From Eubacteriales bacterium (GTDB lineage: Bacteria; Bacillota; Clostridia; Christensenellales; Aristaeellaceae), in the NCBI GenBank assembly GCA_031555755.1, contig JAVBUD010000008.1, positions 1,785 through 65,784 of the forward strand: a stretch of DNA of 64,000 bases, read 5' to 3'. A model generated the notes under the pieces. The model did not search any database. It was given only the letters and a program-made list of their open reading frames with translations, and was not told where the DNA came from. Shown here piece after piece: positions 34,101-43,346 of this stretch. Position 1 is the first letter of the stretch; each line of letters begins with the position of its first letter. The translations under genes and the position numbers were made by a program.

Positions 34101-37100
34101 GTGGGCAACGGCTCGCTCAATGGCAGTACAATGAATGCGCTGAACTTTGCGAACAACGCCAACCTGACGCAGTTGTCCGTGGGCGAAGGCTCGCTGAGCA
34201 ACGTGGCGACGCTGACGCTGGACAGCACGCCGCTGGACAGCGTGGGCTTCGGCGCTGGTGCGTTCGCAGGGCTGACCACGCTGTACATGAGAAAAATGTC
34301 CTCGGATGTGCTGCGGTTTGACAGCAACACGCCGAGCAGCATCACCGCGCTGGACCTGACCGGCAGCGCCGCCAGCCAGATTGTGTTTGGTGAGGGCGCA
34401 CTGCCCGGCTTGACCGCGCTGACGCTGAGCGGAACGGGCGTGGAGACGCTGGCCATCGGCCAGGGCACATTGCCCAAGCTGATCACGTTGACGCTGGGGA
34501 CCACCGGCGCGGGCAGTTCCAAGCTGCGCTCGTTCTCTGTGGGCGACGGCGCACTGAACAGCCTGAACACGCTGACCTTTGGCACCGGCGCAGGCGCACC
34601 GCTTGAGAAGATCAGCATCGGCAGTGACGCGCTGGGCGCGATTGCCGCGATGAACCTGGGGAACAACCTGCAGTTGGCGGAGATCAGCGTCGGCAACGGC
34701 TCGCTGGGCAGCCTGAAATCGCTGACCACGCCGAGCGGACTGGTGTCGCTGAAAATCGGCGACGACGCCATGAACGCCGCGACCGGGCTCACTTTCTCCA
34801 CCGCATCCACCGCGCCGCTGTCGCTTACAGTCGGGAAGAACTCGCTGTGCGCGATCAAGACGCTCGGCTGGAACAGTACCGCGCTCGAAACCTTTACTGC
34901 GGGCGAGGGTTCGTTTGCCGCGCTGGAATCGCTGTCGATGAACAACACGAAGCTCATGAACATGGATTTCCTCAAGGAAGGCGCCATGCAGCAGCTTCAG
35001 AGGTTGTACATGCAAAATGTGGCTGCGACCGAGCTGACTGTGCCGGAAGGTTCGCTGCAGAAGTGTATCTATCTGGACCTGCATATCAACCCCACGTTGG
35101 AGTCGCTCACCTTTGAAGACAATACCTGTCCGCTGGTGCCTCAGGGTAGTTTCCAGCTGTACGAGTGTCCCAAGCTGTCCACGCTGATCGTGGGCGACAA
35201 CTGCTTGAACAGTTATGGCTGCTGGAATCCCATCGAGGGCAAGCTGCCGGTCAAGACCTATATCATCGGCAATGGCTCGCTCAACAAGGCTGTGCGTTTC
35301 GGACTGAGCAATGAAATGGAAACCGTGCAGATTGGCAACAACTCGTTCCAGAACATCGAGACGCTGCATTTCAAGGTTGGCGGAAGCAGCAGCGTCACGG
35401 CAACACCTGTGAATCTGCGCAGTTTCGTCGTCGGCACGAACTCGTTCACCGGCGCCAAACTTCAGTCTGCTGGCGCGACGTATCAGTTTGATTTCACCGG
35501 TTACGCGTCACTGAGCCATCTGAGCATCGGCGCGGGCTCGTTCACGAACCTGGCCACCATGAACCTGACGAACACCGGCAACCTGAAGGGCATTCAGATG
35601 GGCGATGGCGCGCTGGCGCACCTGACCACGCTGACGCTGACGAACTCCGGCATCACGGAACTGGCGGTGGGCGACAGCGCGCTGGGCGATCTGACCACGC
35701 TCACGCTAGGCGACAGCAAGGGCAGCAATGTGAAAGCGCTGAACGTCGGCGCGAACGCACTGCCCAAGCTGACGGCGCTGAACTTCGGCATCGGCGGCCC
35801 GCTGGCCCGGCTGACCGTGGGCGACGGCGCGCTCGCCAGCCTGAAGGCGCTCTCCTTGACCAACAACAAGCAGCTCCAGGCGGTGGAGCTGGGCGTGGGC
35901 GCACTGCCCGTGGCGGGCACCATCGACATGAGCAACATCGCGGCGGACTTGGTATCCTTCGGTGCAAGCAGCGCACCCGCGATGACGTCGCTGAAGCTGA
36001 ACGGTGCGGCGATCGGCAAACTGTCCTTCGGCGAAGGCAGCGGCGGGGCCTTGACCGGCGCGACCGCGCTGCTGAACGGCGTGACCAGCCTGAAAGAATT
36101 TGAGGCGGCCAATGGCGCGCTGAAGAACCTGACCAACCTGGGCGCGGTACCCGGCAACCAGCTGACCCGGTTCGCCACGGCCGGCGACGCGCTGGCGAAC
36201 GTGCAGTCGTTGAACCTGGGCATCCAGGCTGGACTGACCGCGCTGGATGCGGACCTGACCGGCATGATCGCGCTGACGGACCTGCAGCTTTCGGGCACGG
36301 CCATCCAGGCGCTGGACTTCGCGGACGGTTCGCTGCAGAAGGTCACCAAGCTCTCGCTGCCCGCAGAGTCGCTGCAGTCGCTGCGGTTCGGCGTGAACAC
36401 GCTGCCGCTCTATGCCGGAAACAGCGGCGCGCTGCTGCTGAACAATTATCCGCAGCTCACCTCGCTGGAGTTCGGCGCGGGCAGCCTGCCGCTGCCGACT
36501 TCCATCCGCATCGACGCCAATCCGAGCCTGAATCTGTTTGAGGTGGGGGATGGGGCGCTGGCGGGCGTGACGCAGTTTACTGCCAACGGCGAATCCGGAA
36601 AATCTACCTTGTCCACATTCCGTCTGCTGGGCAAGGGCATGAGCAAGGTGCAGCGCATTGACCTGAGCGATGCCGCGAACCTGTCGCGGTTCGAGGTGGA
36701 CGCCAGCGCGCTGACCGCGCTGACCGCGCTGGATCTGTCGCGCACGAAGCTGGCGCTGGAGACGGTGGAAGCGGGCGCATATCCCGCGCTGACCGAACTG
36801 AAACTCGAGGGCATGGACAATCTGACAGGCTTCTCCGTGGGCGAAGGCGCGCTCGATGCGCTGCAGACGCTGAAGCTGACCGATAGCCGGAATCTGGCCT
36901 CGCTGTCCGTGGGCAACGGCTCGATGAACAAGCTGAGCACGCTGGACGTGGCGGGCACCGCGATTGCGGACGCGACATTCGGCGACGACGCGGCGAATGC
37001 GCTGGTGAACATCGACTGGACCGCGCTGCCGCTGGAGACCCTGCAGATCGGCGAAAACACACTGAAGGCGCTGACCAGCCTCGCGCTGTGCGCACCTGAG

Positions 37101-40100
37101 GGCAGCGCGCTGCGCCTGCTGACGGTGGGCGACGGCTCCCTGGGCGGGATTGAAGCCCTGAACCTGGCGGACGCCGCGAACCTGAGCGTGTTTGAACTGG
37201 AGCCCAATGCCCTCGCGGGCCTCAAGGCACTGGACGTGAGCCGCTCTGGCCTGACCGAGATGGACTTCTCCGACGGCCGCTATCAGGCGCTGGAAGTGCT
37301 GACCGCAGAAGAGATGTTAAGCCTCGGCAACGGCGGCGCATTCAGCATCGAAAACGGCGAGCTGCCCATGCTGAAGAGCCTGCTGCTGAAGGGCCAGCGC
37401 TCCATGACCACACTGGACATCAAGGCGGGTTCCGCGGGCAGCCCCACATTGCCGAACCTCACTGAGCTGAGCGTCGCGCCGCTGGATTACGCGGGCGGCA
37501 CCTCCATCACGAGCATCCCGTTCCACACCGGCACCATGCCGCTGGTGCGCGAGATTGCGTTGAACAACATCGGCATTTCGGGCATCGAACTGGAAGAAGG
37601 CGCCATGGTGGGCCTGGAAAAACTCAGCCCGTCGGGCAGCACCAAGTTCACGTCCTTTGTGGCGATGGACGGCGCGGCGCCCAATCTGTACCGGTTCCAG
37701 CGCGACAACTCGGCGCTGACTGAGCTTTCGATCGGCGATGGCGCGTGCCTGAACCTCGGCTTGCCGCTGGAAGGCGAAGACTACGATCCGCTGGGCGGCA
37801 TCAGCCCGGACGTGTTCCAGACGCTGTCCATCGGCGCGGGCGAGCGCGGCGGCGAATGGCTGCGGCAGCTGGACCTGACCGGCTTTACAGCGTTCCGCGC
37901 GCTGGATCTGGCGGAGGGCTGTGCGTTGCCCGACATGGAAAATATCTGGATCACCGGCACGCAGCTGATGAGCTTCCCGTCGCTGGATGGCGTCAGCCTG
38001 CCGAATCTGAAGCAGCTGCACCTGTACGACAACCCGTCGCTGACCGGCGAGTTTGTCCAGGGCAATCTGCCCGAGACGCTGGTGGAGCTGAAGCTGAGCA
38101 GAACCGGCATCGCCGCGCTGAACCTGTCCGGCAGCACCGTTGCGGACCTCCGCGCGCTGGAGGCGGACAACTGCAAGGCCCTGACCTCAGTGACGATCAA
38201 CACGACCGGCGGCGCGTTCGGCAGCCGCGTCATGGACGCGTTCAAGTTCGCCAATGACACGAGCCTCGCGAGCATGAAACTGGACAGCGCGACCATCGAC
38301 AACCTGATGGGCAGCGGCGGCCAGAGCTTCATCGAACTGTACAACACCCGCCTGGGCTACAAGGACCTGCTGCCGCTGGTGCGGACGCAGAACAGCGGCG
38401 GCGCGGTCACCATCCGCCTGCCCGACGACTTCATGCAGGCGCTGAATGCCGGCGAAGTGAGCGAAAACCCCGAGACCGGTTCCCGCGTGGCTTTGATCTA
38501 TTCCGATGCCACCTACAACAGCGGATCGGGCGACGGCCACATCGCGTCCGGTGTCATCGTGGATAACCTGTACCCGGTATACCGCGTGCAGCCCGAGATC
38601 TATTATGCGGCCGGTGCGGCGAACGGGCTTGAAGGCCCCATGAACGGCATGGCGGGCACCTTCGAAGCAGACCAGGCTGATGGCGGACTCATCGCCTATC
38701 TGAACACGCTGCCCGAGTCGCAGGCCCAGGGCGTGCGCGCGCTGCTGGCCTATGGATTCCCCAACAAAACGCTGGGCCTGTCGGCCAACGACGCCGCATG
38801 CGCCACCGCGGAGGCCATCTCGGCCTACTTGAACGAAAACCTGCCCGCCGATCGGCGCGTGGCTGGTAACTACAACTACCTGAGGGCGGATTCAGAGCCG
38901 GTGGACGGCCTCCATTACGCGGAAGCGCCGGATCCCGACCAGAACCCCGAGGGCTACAAGCTCTATATGGCCGTCATGCAGCTGCTGGATAAGGCACGGT
39001 TCGCGGAGACGGTAGCCGTAGACAATACGCCTGCAGAGCTGTCAGGCGCCATCGACCAGATCCTGACCGACGACAAACTGAACGCGGGCCAGGCCACCAT
39101 GACCGTGCGCGTGACCCAGAAGAACATCAACGGCAAGTACTTCATCGCCGACTATTCGGATAACATCACCAAGATTGAGCGCCAGCAGGATGGCGACTGG
39201 GTGGCCATCGAAAATCCGCTGCGCTATCAGGGCGACCCGGACGACATGCTCCGGCTGACCATCAACAACAGAGACAAGACCGCGCCCATCCTGCTCACGC
39301 TGAAGGCGGTGAACACCCTGGGCATCGGGCAGTACTATGACGTGACCTCCAGTGACGGCGACGACCTGCAGAATGACCGCTACAAGAGCGATTATATCTC
39401 GGTGCGCGGCGTGGAGACCACCGATTATGACACCCCGATCACGCTGCGCGCGGCAGAAGCGGTGATCCTGGTGCACCACATGTGGAAGGGCCAGGACGCG
39501 GCGATCGCGCCGATCCGCACCGTGACGTTCCCGAAACTGAAGCCGGGCGACAAGATCAGCACCGACGGCTCGGGCGATGTGGGCCTCAGCCCGCTGGCCA
39601 TCGAAGGCTTCGTCGACCCCGCGGCGGACTGCGGCGCGAGCTTCGAGATCACCCTGGACGGCGGCGAGATCACCTACTACTACAAAAAACCCGTGACCGT
39701 CACCGGCGACAGCGGTAAGCTGACCTACAACGGCAAGGATCAAGTGTTCTCGGGCTACAGGACCGACCTGGTGGACGACGAGCTGTACGGCATGACGGCC
39801 ACCGCGACGGGCAGAAGCGCCGGCGCCTATGACGTGGAAGTCAGCGGCACGCCGAGCCTGGCCAGCAACAAGGCATTTGACGAGCTATATCGGCTCAGCA
39901 CGGCCAAGGGCCTGCTGACCATCGAGCCTGCTGAGCTCTCGGTCAAGGCGGCATCCGGCAGCTTCTCCTACGACGCCACTGAACACACCGTGGAGGGCTA
40001 TGTACTTGAGAGCGGCACGACGCTGTTCGGGAACGACCAGCTGACCGTGGAACTCACCGGCAACACCCGCACCCTGGCGGGCACGGGCGACACTGCCATC

Positions 40101-43100
40101 GCCAGCTTCGCCATCATGAACGGCGAGGACGACGCCGCCGCCAACTACCTGGTGGACGCCACGGGCACCGGCACGATCATCGTGAACCGCGCAATGTTCT
40201 CGATCAATGCGCCCTCCGGCCAGTTCACGTACGACGCGAGACCGCACGCCGTGACAGGCTACGAGCACGACGCAGGCGCACTGTACGGCGGCGCGATACT
40301 GGAGACGACGCTCTCCGGCGACAGCCGTACCGAGGTGGGCGTGAATGAGACCGCCATCGAAGGCTTTGCGATTCGGATCGGGAACGAAGATGTGACCGAT
40401 AACTACGACGTGACGGTCAGCGCACGCGGCCAGATCGAGATCAAGCGCGCCCCGCTGAACATCAAGGCCGCCTCGAACAGCTTTGTGTACAACGGAAACC
40501 CGCAGACGGTAGTGGGCTACGAAATTGCTGGCGGCACGCTGTTTGGCGGCGACCAGCTGACCGTGGAACTGGCGGACGCCACGCGCACCCATGTGGGCAG
40601 CAACGCCACCCGCATCGCCAACTTCGCGATCCAAAACGGCGGCGCGGACGCCTCCGGCAGCTATGATGTGACGTACACCGGCACGGGCACGGTCAGCGTG
40701 ACCGCCGCGCCGCTCACCATCAAGGCCGGGTCCGGTGAGTATGAGTACAACGCCACCGAGCGCAGCGCCTCAGGCTATGAGATCATCGGCGGCCAGCTGT
40801 TCGGCGGAGACCAGCTGAGCGTGGTGCTGGCGGACAACACCCGCACCGACGCGGGCGACAGCGAGACCCGTATCGCCGAATATGCCATCGCGAACGGCAC
40901 CGAGACCGTCACTGGCGATTACGCCGTGAATGCCGAGGCCAAGGGCCTGCTGCGCGTGAACAAGAAACAGCTGACGGTGACCCCGGGCACGCAGAGCTTC
41001 GTGTATAACGGCACCGAGCATGCGGTGAGCTACGCGGTCGAAGGGCTGCTGCCGAACCACGCCGAGCAGGTCGTGCTGGAAGGCGCGAAGCGCAAGCTGG
41101 CGGGCAACAACGACGTGACGGTGGCCTCCACCAGGGTCATGGCCGGCAACGCGGACGTGACGGACAACTACGACATCACAAGCGGCACGGGCCGGATCAC
41201 GGTCACCCAGGCCAGCGTCACCTTCAAGGCGGGCAGCGGAAGCTTCCTGTTTAGCGGTGAGCCGCACACCATCACCAGCACAGACGTCATCGGCGCAATC
41301 GCGCCGGGCGACGCCGCGGACGTGGAGCTGCAGGACAACCGCCGCACCGAGGTGGGCGAGCAGGAGCTGAAGGTCAGCAAGGCCGTGATCAGGAGCGGCA
41401 ATGAGGACGTGACCGACAGCTACAAGATCACCAACCTCCCCGGCAAGATCACCGTCGCGATGATCGAGACGGACCTGATCATCACCGCCAACGACGTGGT
41501 GGCGGCCTATGACGGCCAAATGCACAGCGGCACGGCGTACTCGGTGGCCGGGCTGAAGGACGGCGACACCGTCCGCTCGGTGACCATCACCGGCCAGGGC
41601 ACGGACGCGGGCAGCTATGAGCTGGTGCCGTCCGCCGTGGAGATCGTGGACGCCAACAACAAGCCGGTGCTGGCCTATGCCAACATCAGCTATGTGAGCG
41701 GCAAACTGACCATCACACAGCGCCCCGCGACCTTGACCATCGACAACCTCAAGGCAGTCTACGACATGGGCGACCACACCGCCAGCTTCAAGGCCATCGG
41801 CCTGCTGACGGGGCATGAGCCCAGCGCAGCGCTGGTCGGCGCGACGCGCAGGGAAGTCGGCCAGAACCCGGTCACCTTCGACGCGTCCAGCGCCCCGGCC
41901 ATCCTGGCGGGCACGGCGGACGTGACCAAGAACTACAGCCTGACGCTGATCCCGGGCTCCATCTCGGTGAGCGCCAGGGGCGGCGCGGTGAAAATCGCCG
42001 CCAAGAACGTCAGGGCCGCCTATGACGGCCAATGGCACGGCGCGAACGGCTTTGACGTGACTGGCCTCGCCAGCGGCGACCATGTAGACGGCGTGACGAT
42101 CTCGGGTGAGGGCGTGAACGCGGGCACCTACAACCTGATCCCGGCGGGCGCGCGGATTCTGGACGCCAACAACCGCAACGTCACCTCGGGCTACCAGCGG
42201 ATCGACTATGCCTCGGGCACGTTGACCATCGTCAAACGCATGCTGACGATCAGCGCCGAAACCAGATCCTTCCCGTTCGACGGCGAGCCGCACAAGGTGG
42301 GCTACACCGTTTCCGGTGACCTGCTCTCGGGCGACGCCGTGACCGGCGTGGTGTTGACCGGCAACGCGCGGACCCAGGCCGGCTCCAACGAGGTGCTGGT
42401 GGGCAAGGTCAGCGTCGAAAACGGCGGTACAAACGTCTCGGGCAACTATGACATCATCAAGCGCAACGGTCTGATCGAGGTCGCGCCCAGAAGCGACGCC
42501 AGCTACCGCGTGCAGTACTACTACGCGGGCGTGCTGGACAGCGCCGCCACGGTGGTGCGCACCAACCAGATGCTGGGCCAGGTGATCGCCAATTACCCCA
42601 ACAAGGCCAAGGCCGGATTCACCCTCAGCCGCGTGCAGTACGGCGCGGACATCGGCGCGACCGCGCTGACCATCGGCCAGCACGACGCGAACAATGTCAT
42701 CAACGTGTACTATGAGCGCACCGGCGGCACCCCGTATACCGTGGAATACCTCTATCAGAACATCAAGCTCGACGGCTATGACCTGGGCAATGTGGACACT
42801 GTGGGCGGCATGAAGCCGGGCGACGTGGTCACCCAGATCGGCCAGCGCGTCGAGGCCGCGACACTGAGCGGGTTCACGTTCGAGCGCAGCGAAGGGCTGC
42901 CGATGACGATCGTGGAGGACGCCTCGCAAAACGTGATCCGCGTGTACTACGACCGCGCAACGAACCTCGAATACCGCGTGGAGTACTACTACAACGGCGT
43001 GCGCGATGACGCCGCCACCGAGCGCTACAATGGCCTCACGTACGGCACAGTGATCCGTAAGTATCAGGACAAGAACCGGTCAGGACATCAGCTACAGAGC

Positions 43101-43265
43101 GTAGAGACGCTGCCGTTTGCGCTGACTGCGCAGGGCGGTCAGAACGTGATCCGCGTGTACTACGACCTGGTCGGCGGCGGCGAGCTGCCTGAGACCATCG
43201 TGGAAGACACCATCCCGCTGGGTGCGGGCGTGGGCAGCCTGAACGCTGGCGACGCCATGGAATAA
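31137..43265 (+). CDS. Giant (4042 aa) secreted surface protein: signal peptide, disordered acidic region, ~2100 aa of LRRs, unknown middle module, ~11 MBG repeats, MucBP-like repeats; no canonical cell-wall anchor
   Basis: Single uninterrupted ORF. ATG follows GTGGAGA. N-terminus MKMMSKRIRTWTLILLVCAALLV. Repeat families are described in the sub-features. Ends ...IPLGAGVGSLNAGDAME without LPXTG, TM, SLH or CWB motifs. Confidence 0.9.
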   Translation: MKMMSKRIRTWTLILLVCAALLVQPFDALLVRNAASVAYAASRIVSIDARGGASGMNRMLVMSGAYNNEARAPHRQQIATTNADQAAFGFGNPFARPKFTGNTGAASSGMVSLSTGGEFFPGLPPDMDKEEDVDIIVDSESVVLTMPTATPTPDTTHEGAAKIEPEVTSGSDPDVTGGPEEGDAHPGNSMSLFGAFGVEGMMGNQMLIAGDESGMVVSEDIVMVENSFLSLDEYVALRDGHPQTFAYLTSLFGAEDLTQVTADQALSVTTFDPSSAGAYDMNSTAVLTRMSGLKTINLSGQPISDFPASAFSGVTSLDLSGLGLSLSFAAGDMTSLTSLNVSGSASVDFQDGALPSLSQLNVDNVGSVTFGAGALSGSGIKSLSIGSAGSVSFGAGALGNLTTLTLTGDTDSLTLGAGALPSMTKLDTGASLSTLTMEDGACASLTNAANLVTTNLGSLYLGTGALPKMTSGNFSAHAIANITFAGGAAPICTALTLSSPALQTLTFEDGACNAVTTLTLNNTGSAALQKVSIGSNALNGLTSSALNLSKNANLNSFTLGSGSLSNLQTFTISESGLQSLGFLGEGALPAVKTFNMLNMSIEELVIPGNCLGAMTTLNMSDNHAARSITFADNSAPVMTGLSINNTENVTDFIVGDGAMNAYVSFNTSLMVSPIQRFAVGDNSLIAATTYNVGKYAEEVTIGSGSLGKCTTFVVNGVNNAGAPLRALSIGAGSLGSATALNLANNKQILDDQLSIGADSLANVKTLTLDGTGVTDLGFLTGKLSGLTTLSWKNMASESVTIPANALPGLLTLDLSNSGQLKNLNIGANAAPGGKTLTLTGCANLTNIHCDSGAMGALGILTVKSLSGSALTVSGGGFAATTRIDLTSSGALETLNIGDGAMPMLSAFTTTGCTSLVRMNIGNGAVTGATSFGIPSTIKEISVGDGAMNAVSAFAIPTIATTVSIGDNALNSAKLTVNATAASQLVTFVVGNGSLNGSTMNALNFANNANLTQLSVGEGSLSNVATLTLDSTPLDSVGFGAGAFAGLTTLYMRKMSSDVLRFDSNTPSSITALDLTGSAASQIVFGEGALPGLTALTLSGTGVETLAIGQGTLPKLITLTLGTTGAGSSKLRSFSVGDGALNSLNTLTFGTGAGAPLEKISIGSDALGAIAAMNLGNNLQLAEISVGNGSLGSLKSLTTPSGLVSLKIGDDAMNAATGLTFSTASTAPLSLTVGKNSLCAIKTLGWNSTALETFTAGEGSFAALESLSMNNTKLMNMDFLKEGAMQQLQRLYMQNVAATELTVPEGSLQKCIYLDLHINPTLESLTFEDNTCPLVPQGSFQLYECPKLSTLIVGDNCLNSYGCWNPIEGKLPVKTYIIGNGSLNKAVRFGLSNEMETVQIGNNSFQNIETLHFKVGGSSSVTATPVNLRSFVVGTNSFTGAKLQSAGATYQFDFTGYASLSHLSIGAGSFTNLATMNLTNTGNLKGIQMGDGALAHLTTLTLTNSGITELAVGDSALGDLTTLTLGDSKGSNVKALNVGANALPKLTALNFGIGGPLARLTVGDGALASLKALSLTNNKQLQAVELGVGALPVAGTIDMSNIAADLVSFGASSAPAMTSLKLNGAAIGKLSFGEGSGGALTGATALLNGVTSLKEFEAANGALKNLTNLGAVPGNQLTRFATAGDALANVQSLNLGIQAGLTALDADLTGMIALTDLQLSGTAIQALDFADGSLQKVTKLSLPAESLQSLRFGVNTLPLYAGNSGALLLNNYPQLTSLEFGAGSLPLPTSIRIDANPSLNLFEVGDGALAGVTQFTANGESGKSTLSTFRLLGKGMSKVQRIDLSDAANLSRFEVDASALTALTALDLSRTKLALETVEAGAYPALTELKLEGMDNLTGFSVGEGALDALQTLKLTDSRNLASLSVGNGSMNKLSTLDVAGTAIADATFGDDAANALVNIDWTALPLETLQIGENTLKALTSLALCAPEGSALRLLTVGDGSLGGIEALNLADAANLSVFELEPNALAGLKALDVSRSGLTEMDFSDGRYQALEVLTAEEMLSLGNGGAFSIENGELPMLKSLLLKGQRSMTTLDIKAGSAGSPTLPNLTELSVAPLDYAGGTSITSIPFHTGTMPLVREIALNNIGISGIELEEGAMVGLEKLSPSGSTKFTSFVAMDGAAPNLYRFQRDNSALTELSIGDGACLNLGLPLEGEDYDPLGGISPDVFQTLSIGAGERGGEWLRQLDLTGFTAFRALDLAEGCALPDMENIWITGTQLMSFPSLDGVSLPNLKQLHLYDNPSLTGEFVQGNLPETLVELKLSRTGIAALNLSGSTVADLRALEADNCKALTSVTINTTGGAFGSRVMDAFKFANDTSLASMKLDSATIDNLMGSGGQSFIELYNTRLGYKDLLPLVRTQNSGGAVTIRLPDDFMQALNAGEVSENPETGSRVALIYSDATYNSGSGDGHIASGVIVDNLYPVYRVQPEIYYAAGAANGLEGPMNGMAGTFEADQADGGLIAYLNTLPESQAQGVRALLAYGFPNKTLGLSANDAACATAEAISAYLNENLPADRRVAGNYNYLRADSEPVDGLHYAEAPDPDQNPEGYKLYMAVMQLLDKARFAETVAVDNTPAELSGAIDQILTDDKLNAGQATMTVRVTQKNINGKYFIADYSDNITKIERQQDGDWVAIENPLRYQGDPDDMLRLTINNRDKTAPILLTLKAVNTLGIGQYYDVTSSDGDDLQNDRYKSDYISVRGVETTDYDTPITLRAAEAVILVHHMWKGQDAAIAPIRTVTFPKLKPGDKISTDGSGDVGLSPLAIEGFVDPAADCGASFEITLDGGEITYYYKKPVTVTGDSGKLTYNGKDQVFSGYRTDLVDDELYGMTATATGRSAGAYDVEVSGTPSLASNKAFDELYRLSTAKGLLTIEPAELSVKAASGSFSYDATEHTVEGYVLESGTTLFGNDQLTVELTGNTRTLAGTGDTAIASFAIMNGEDDAAANYLVDATGTGTIIVNRAMFSINAPSGQFTYDARPHAVTGYEHDAGALYGGAILETTLSGDSRTEVGVNETAIEGFAIRIGNEDVTDNYDVTVSARGQIEIKRAPLNIKAASNSFVYNGNPQTVVGYEIAGGTLFGGDQLTVELADATRTHVGSNATRIANFAIQNGGADASGSYDVTYTGTGTVSVTAAPLTIKAGSGEYEYNATERSASGYEIIGGQLFGGDQLSVVLADNTRTDAGDSETRIAEYAIANGTETVTGDYAVNAEAKGLLRVNKKQLTVTPGTQSFVYNGTEHAVSYAVEGLLPNHAEQVVLEGAKRKLAGNNDVTVASTRVMAGNADVTDNYDITSGTGRITVTQASVTFKAGSGSFLFSGEPHTITSTDVIGAIAPGDAADVELQDNRRTEVGEQELKVSKAVIRSGNEDVTDSYKITNLPGKITVAMIETDLIITANDVVAAYDGQMHSGTAYSVAGLKDGDTVRSVTITGQGTDAGSYELVPSAVEIVDANNKPVLAYANISYVSGKLTITQRPATLTIDNLKAVYDMGDHTASFKAIGLLTGHEPSAALVGATRREVGQNPVTFDASSAPAILAGTADVTKNYSLTLIPGSISVSARGGAVKIAAKNVRAAYDGQWHGANGFDVTGLASGDHVDGVTISGEGVNAGTYNLIPAGARILDANNRNVTSGYQRIDYASGTLTIVKRMLTISAETRSFPFDGEPHKVGYTVSGDLLSGDAVTGVVLTGNARTQAGSNEVLVGKVSVENGGTNVSGNYDIIKRNGLIEVAPRSDASYRVQYYYAGVLDSAATVVRTNQMLGQVIANYPNKAKAGFTLSRVQYGADIGATALTIGQHDANNVINVYYERTGGTPYTVEYLYQNIKLDGYDLGNVDTVGGMKPGDVVTQIGQRVEAATLSGFTFERSEGLPMTIVEDASQNVIRVYYDRATNLEYRVEYYYNGVRDDAATERYNGLTYGTVIRKYQDKNRSGHQLQSVETLPFALTAQGGQNVIRVYYDLVGGGELPETIVEDTIPLGAGVGSLNAGDAME
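31995..38390 (+). repeat. Leucine-rich-repeat array (TpLRR/BspA-like ~23-25-aa units) within the giant gene; approximate bounds
   Basis: Continuous pattern L..L.(I/V/F)G.(G/N)(A/S)L..(L/A)..L.L....., e.g. LTALTLSGTGVETLAIGQGTLPKLITLTLG / LRSFSVGDGALNSLNTLTFG, running from ...LKTINLSGQPISDF to ...FIELYNTRLGYKDL. Confidence 0.75.
39691..42489 (+). repeat. About eleven MBG-type (YDG...NY...G.L.I) repeats within the giant gene; approximate bounds
   Basis: Recurrent (F/Y)xY(D/N)(G/A)xxHxV.GY ... G(S/T)Y ... NYD(I/V)T...G.I.V, e.g. FSYDATEHTVEGY...ANYLVDATGTGTIIV and AAYDGQMHSGTAY...GSYELVP...ISYVSGKLTIT. Confidence 0.75.
42501..43175 (+). repeat. Three MucBP-like repeats at the C-terminus of the giant protein
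   Basis: YRVQYYYAG...NVINVYYER / YTVEYLYQN...NVIRVYYDR / YRVEYYYNG...NVIRVYYDL. A further similar unit lies near 39460-39690 (ILVHHMWKG...ITYYYKK). Confidence 0.65.
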
Positions 43266-43275
43266 CAAAACTTCA

Positions 43276-43305
43276 GCAGAGGGCGCGATCCCATCCGCCC
43301 TCTGC
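43276..43305 (+). terminator. GC-rich hairpin 11 nt after the giant-gene stop (weak terminator candidate)
   Basis: GCAGAGGGCG (43276-43285) pairs with CGCCCTCTGC (43296-43305), 10-nt loop, no clear U-tract. Confidence 0.45.
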
Positions 43306-43346
43306 GCAGTATTCTGGAACCGATTGACGTGAGAGAAGGATGCAAC

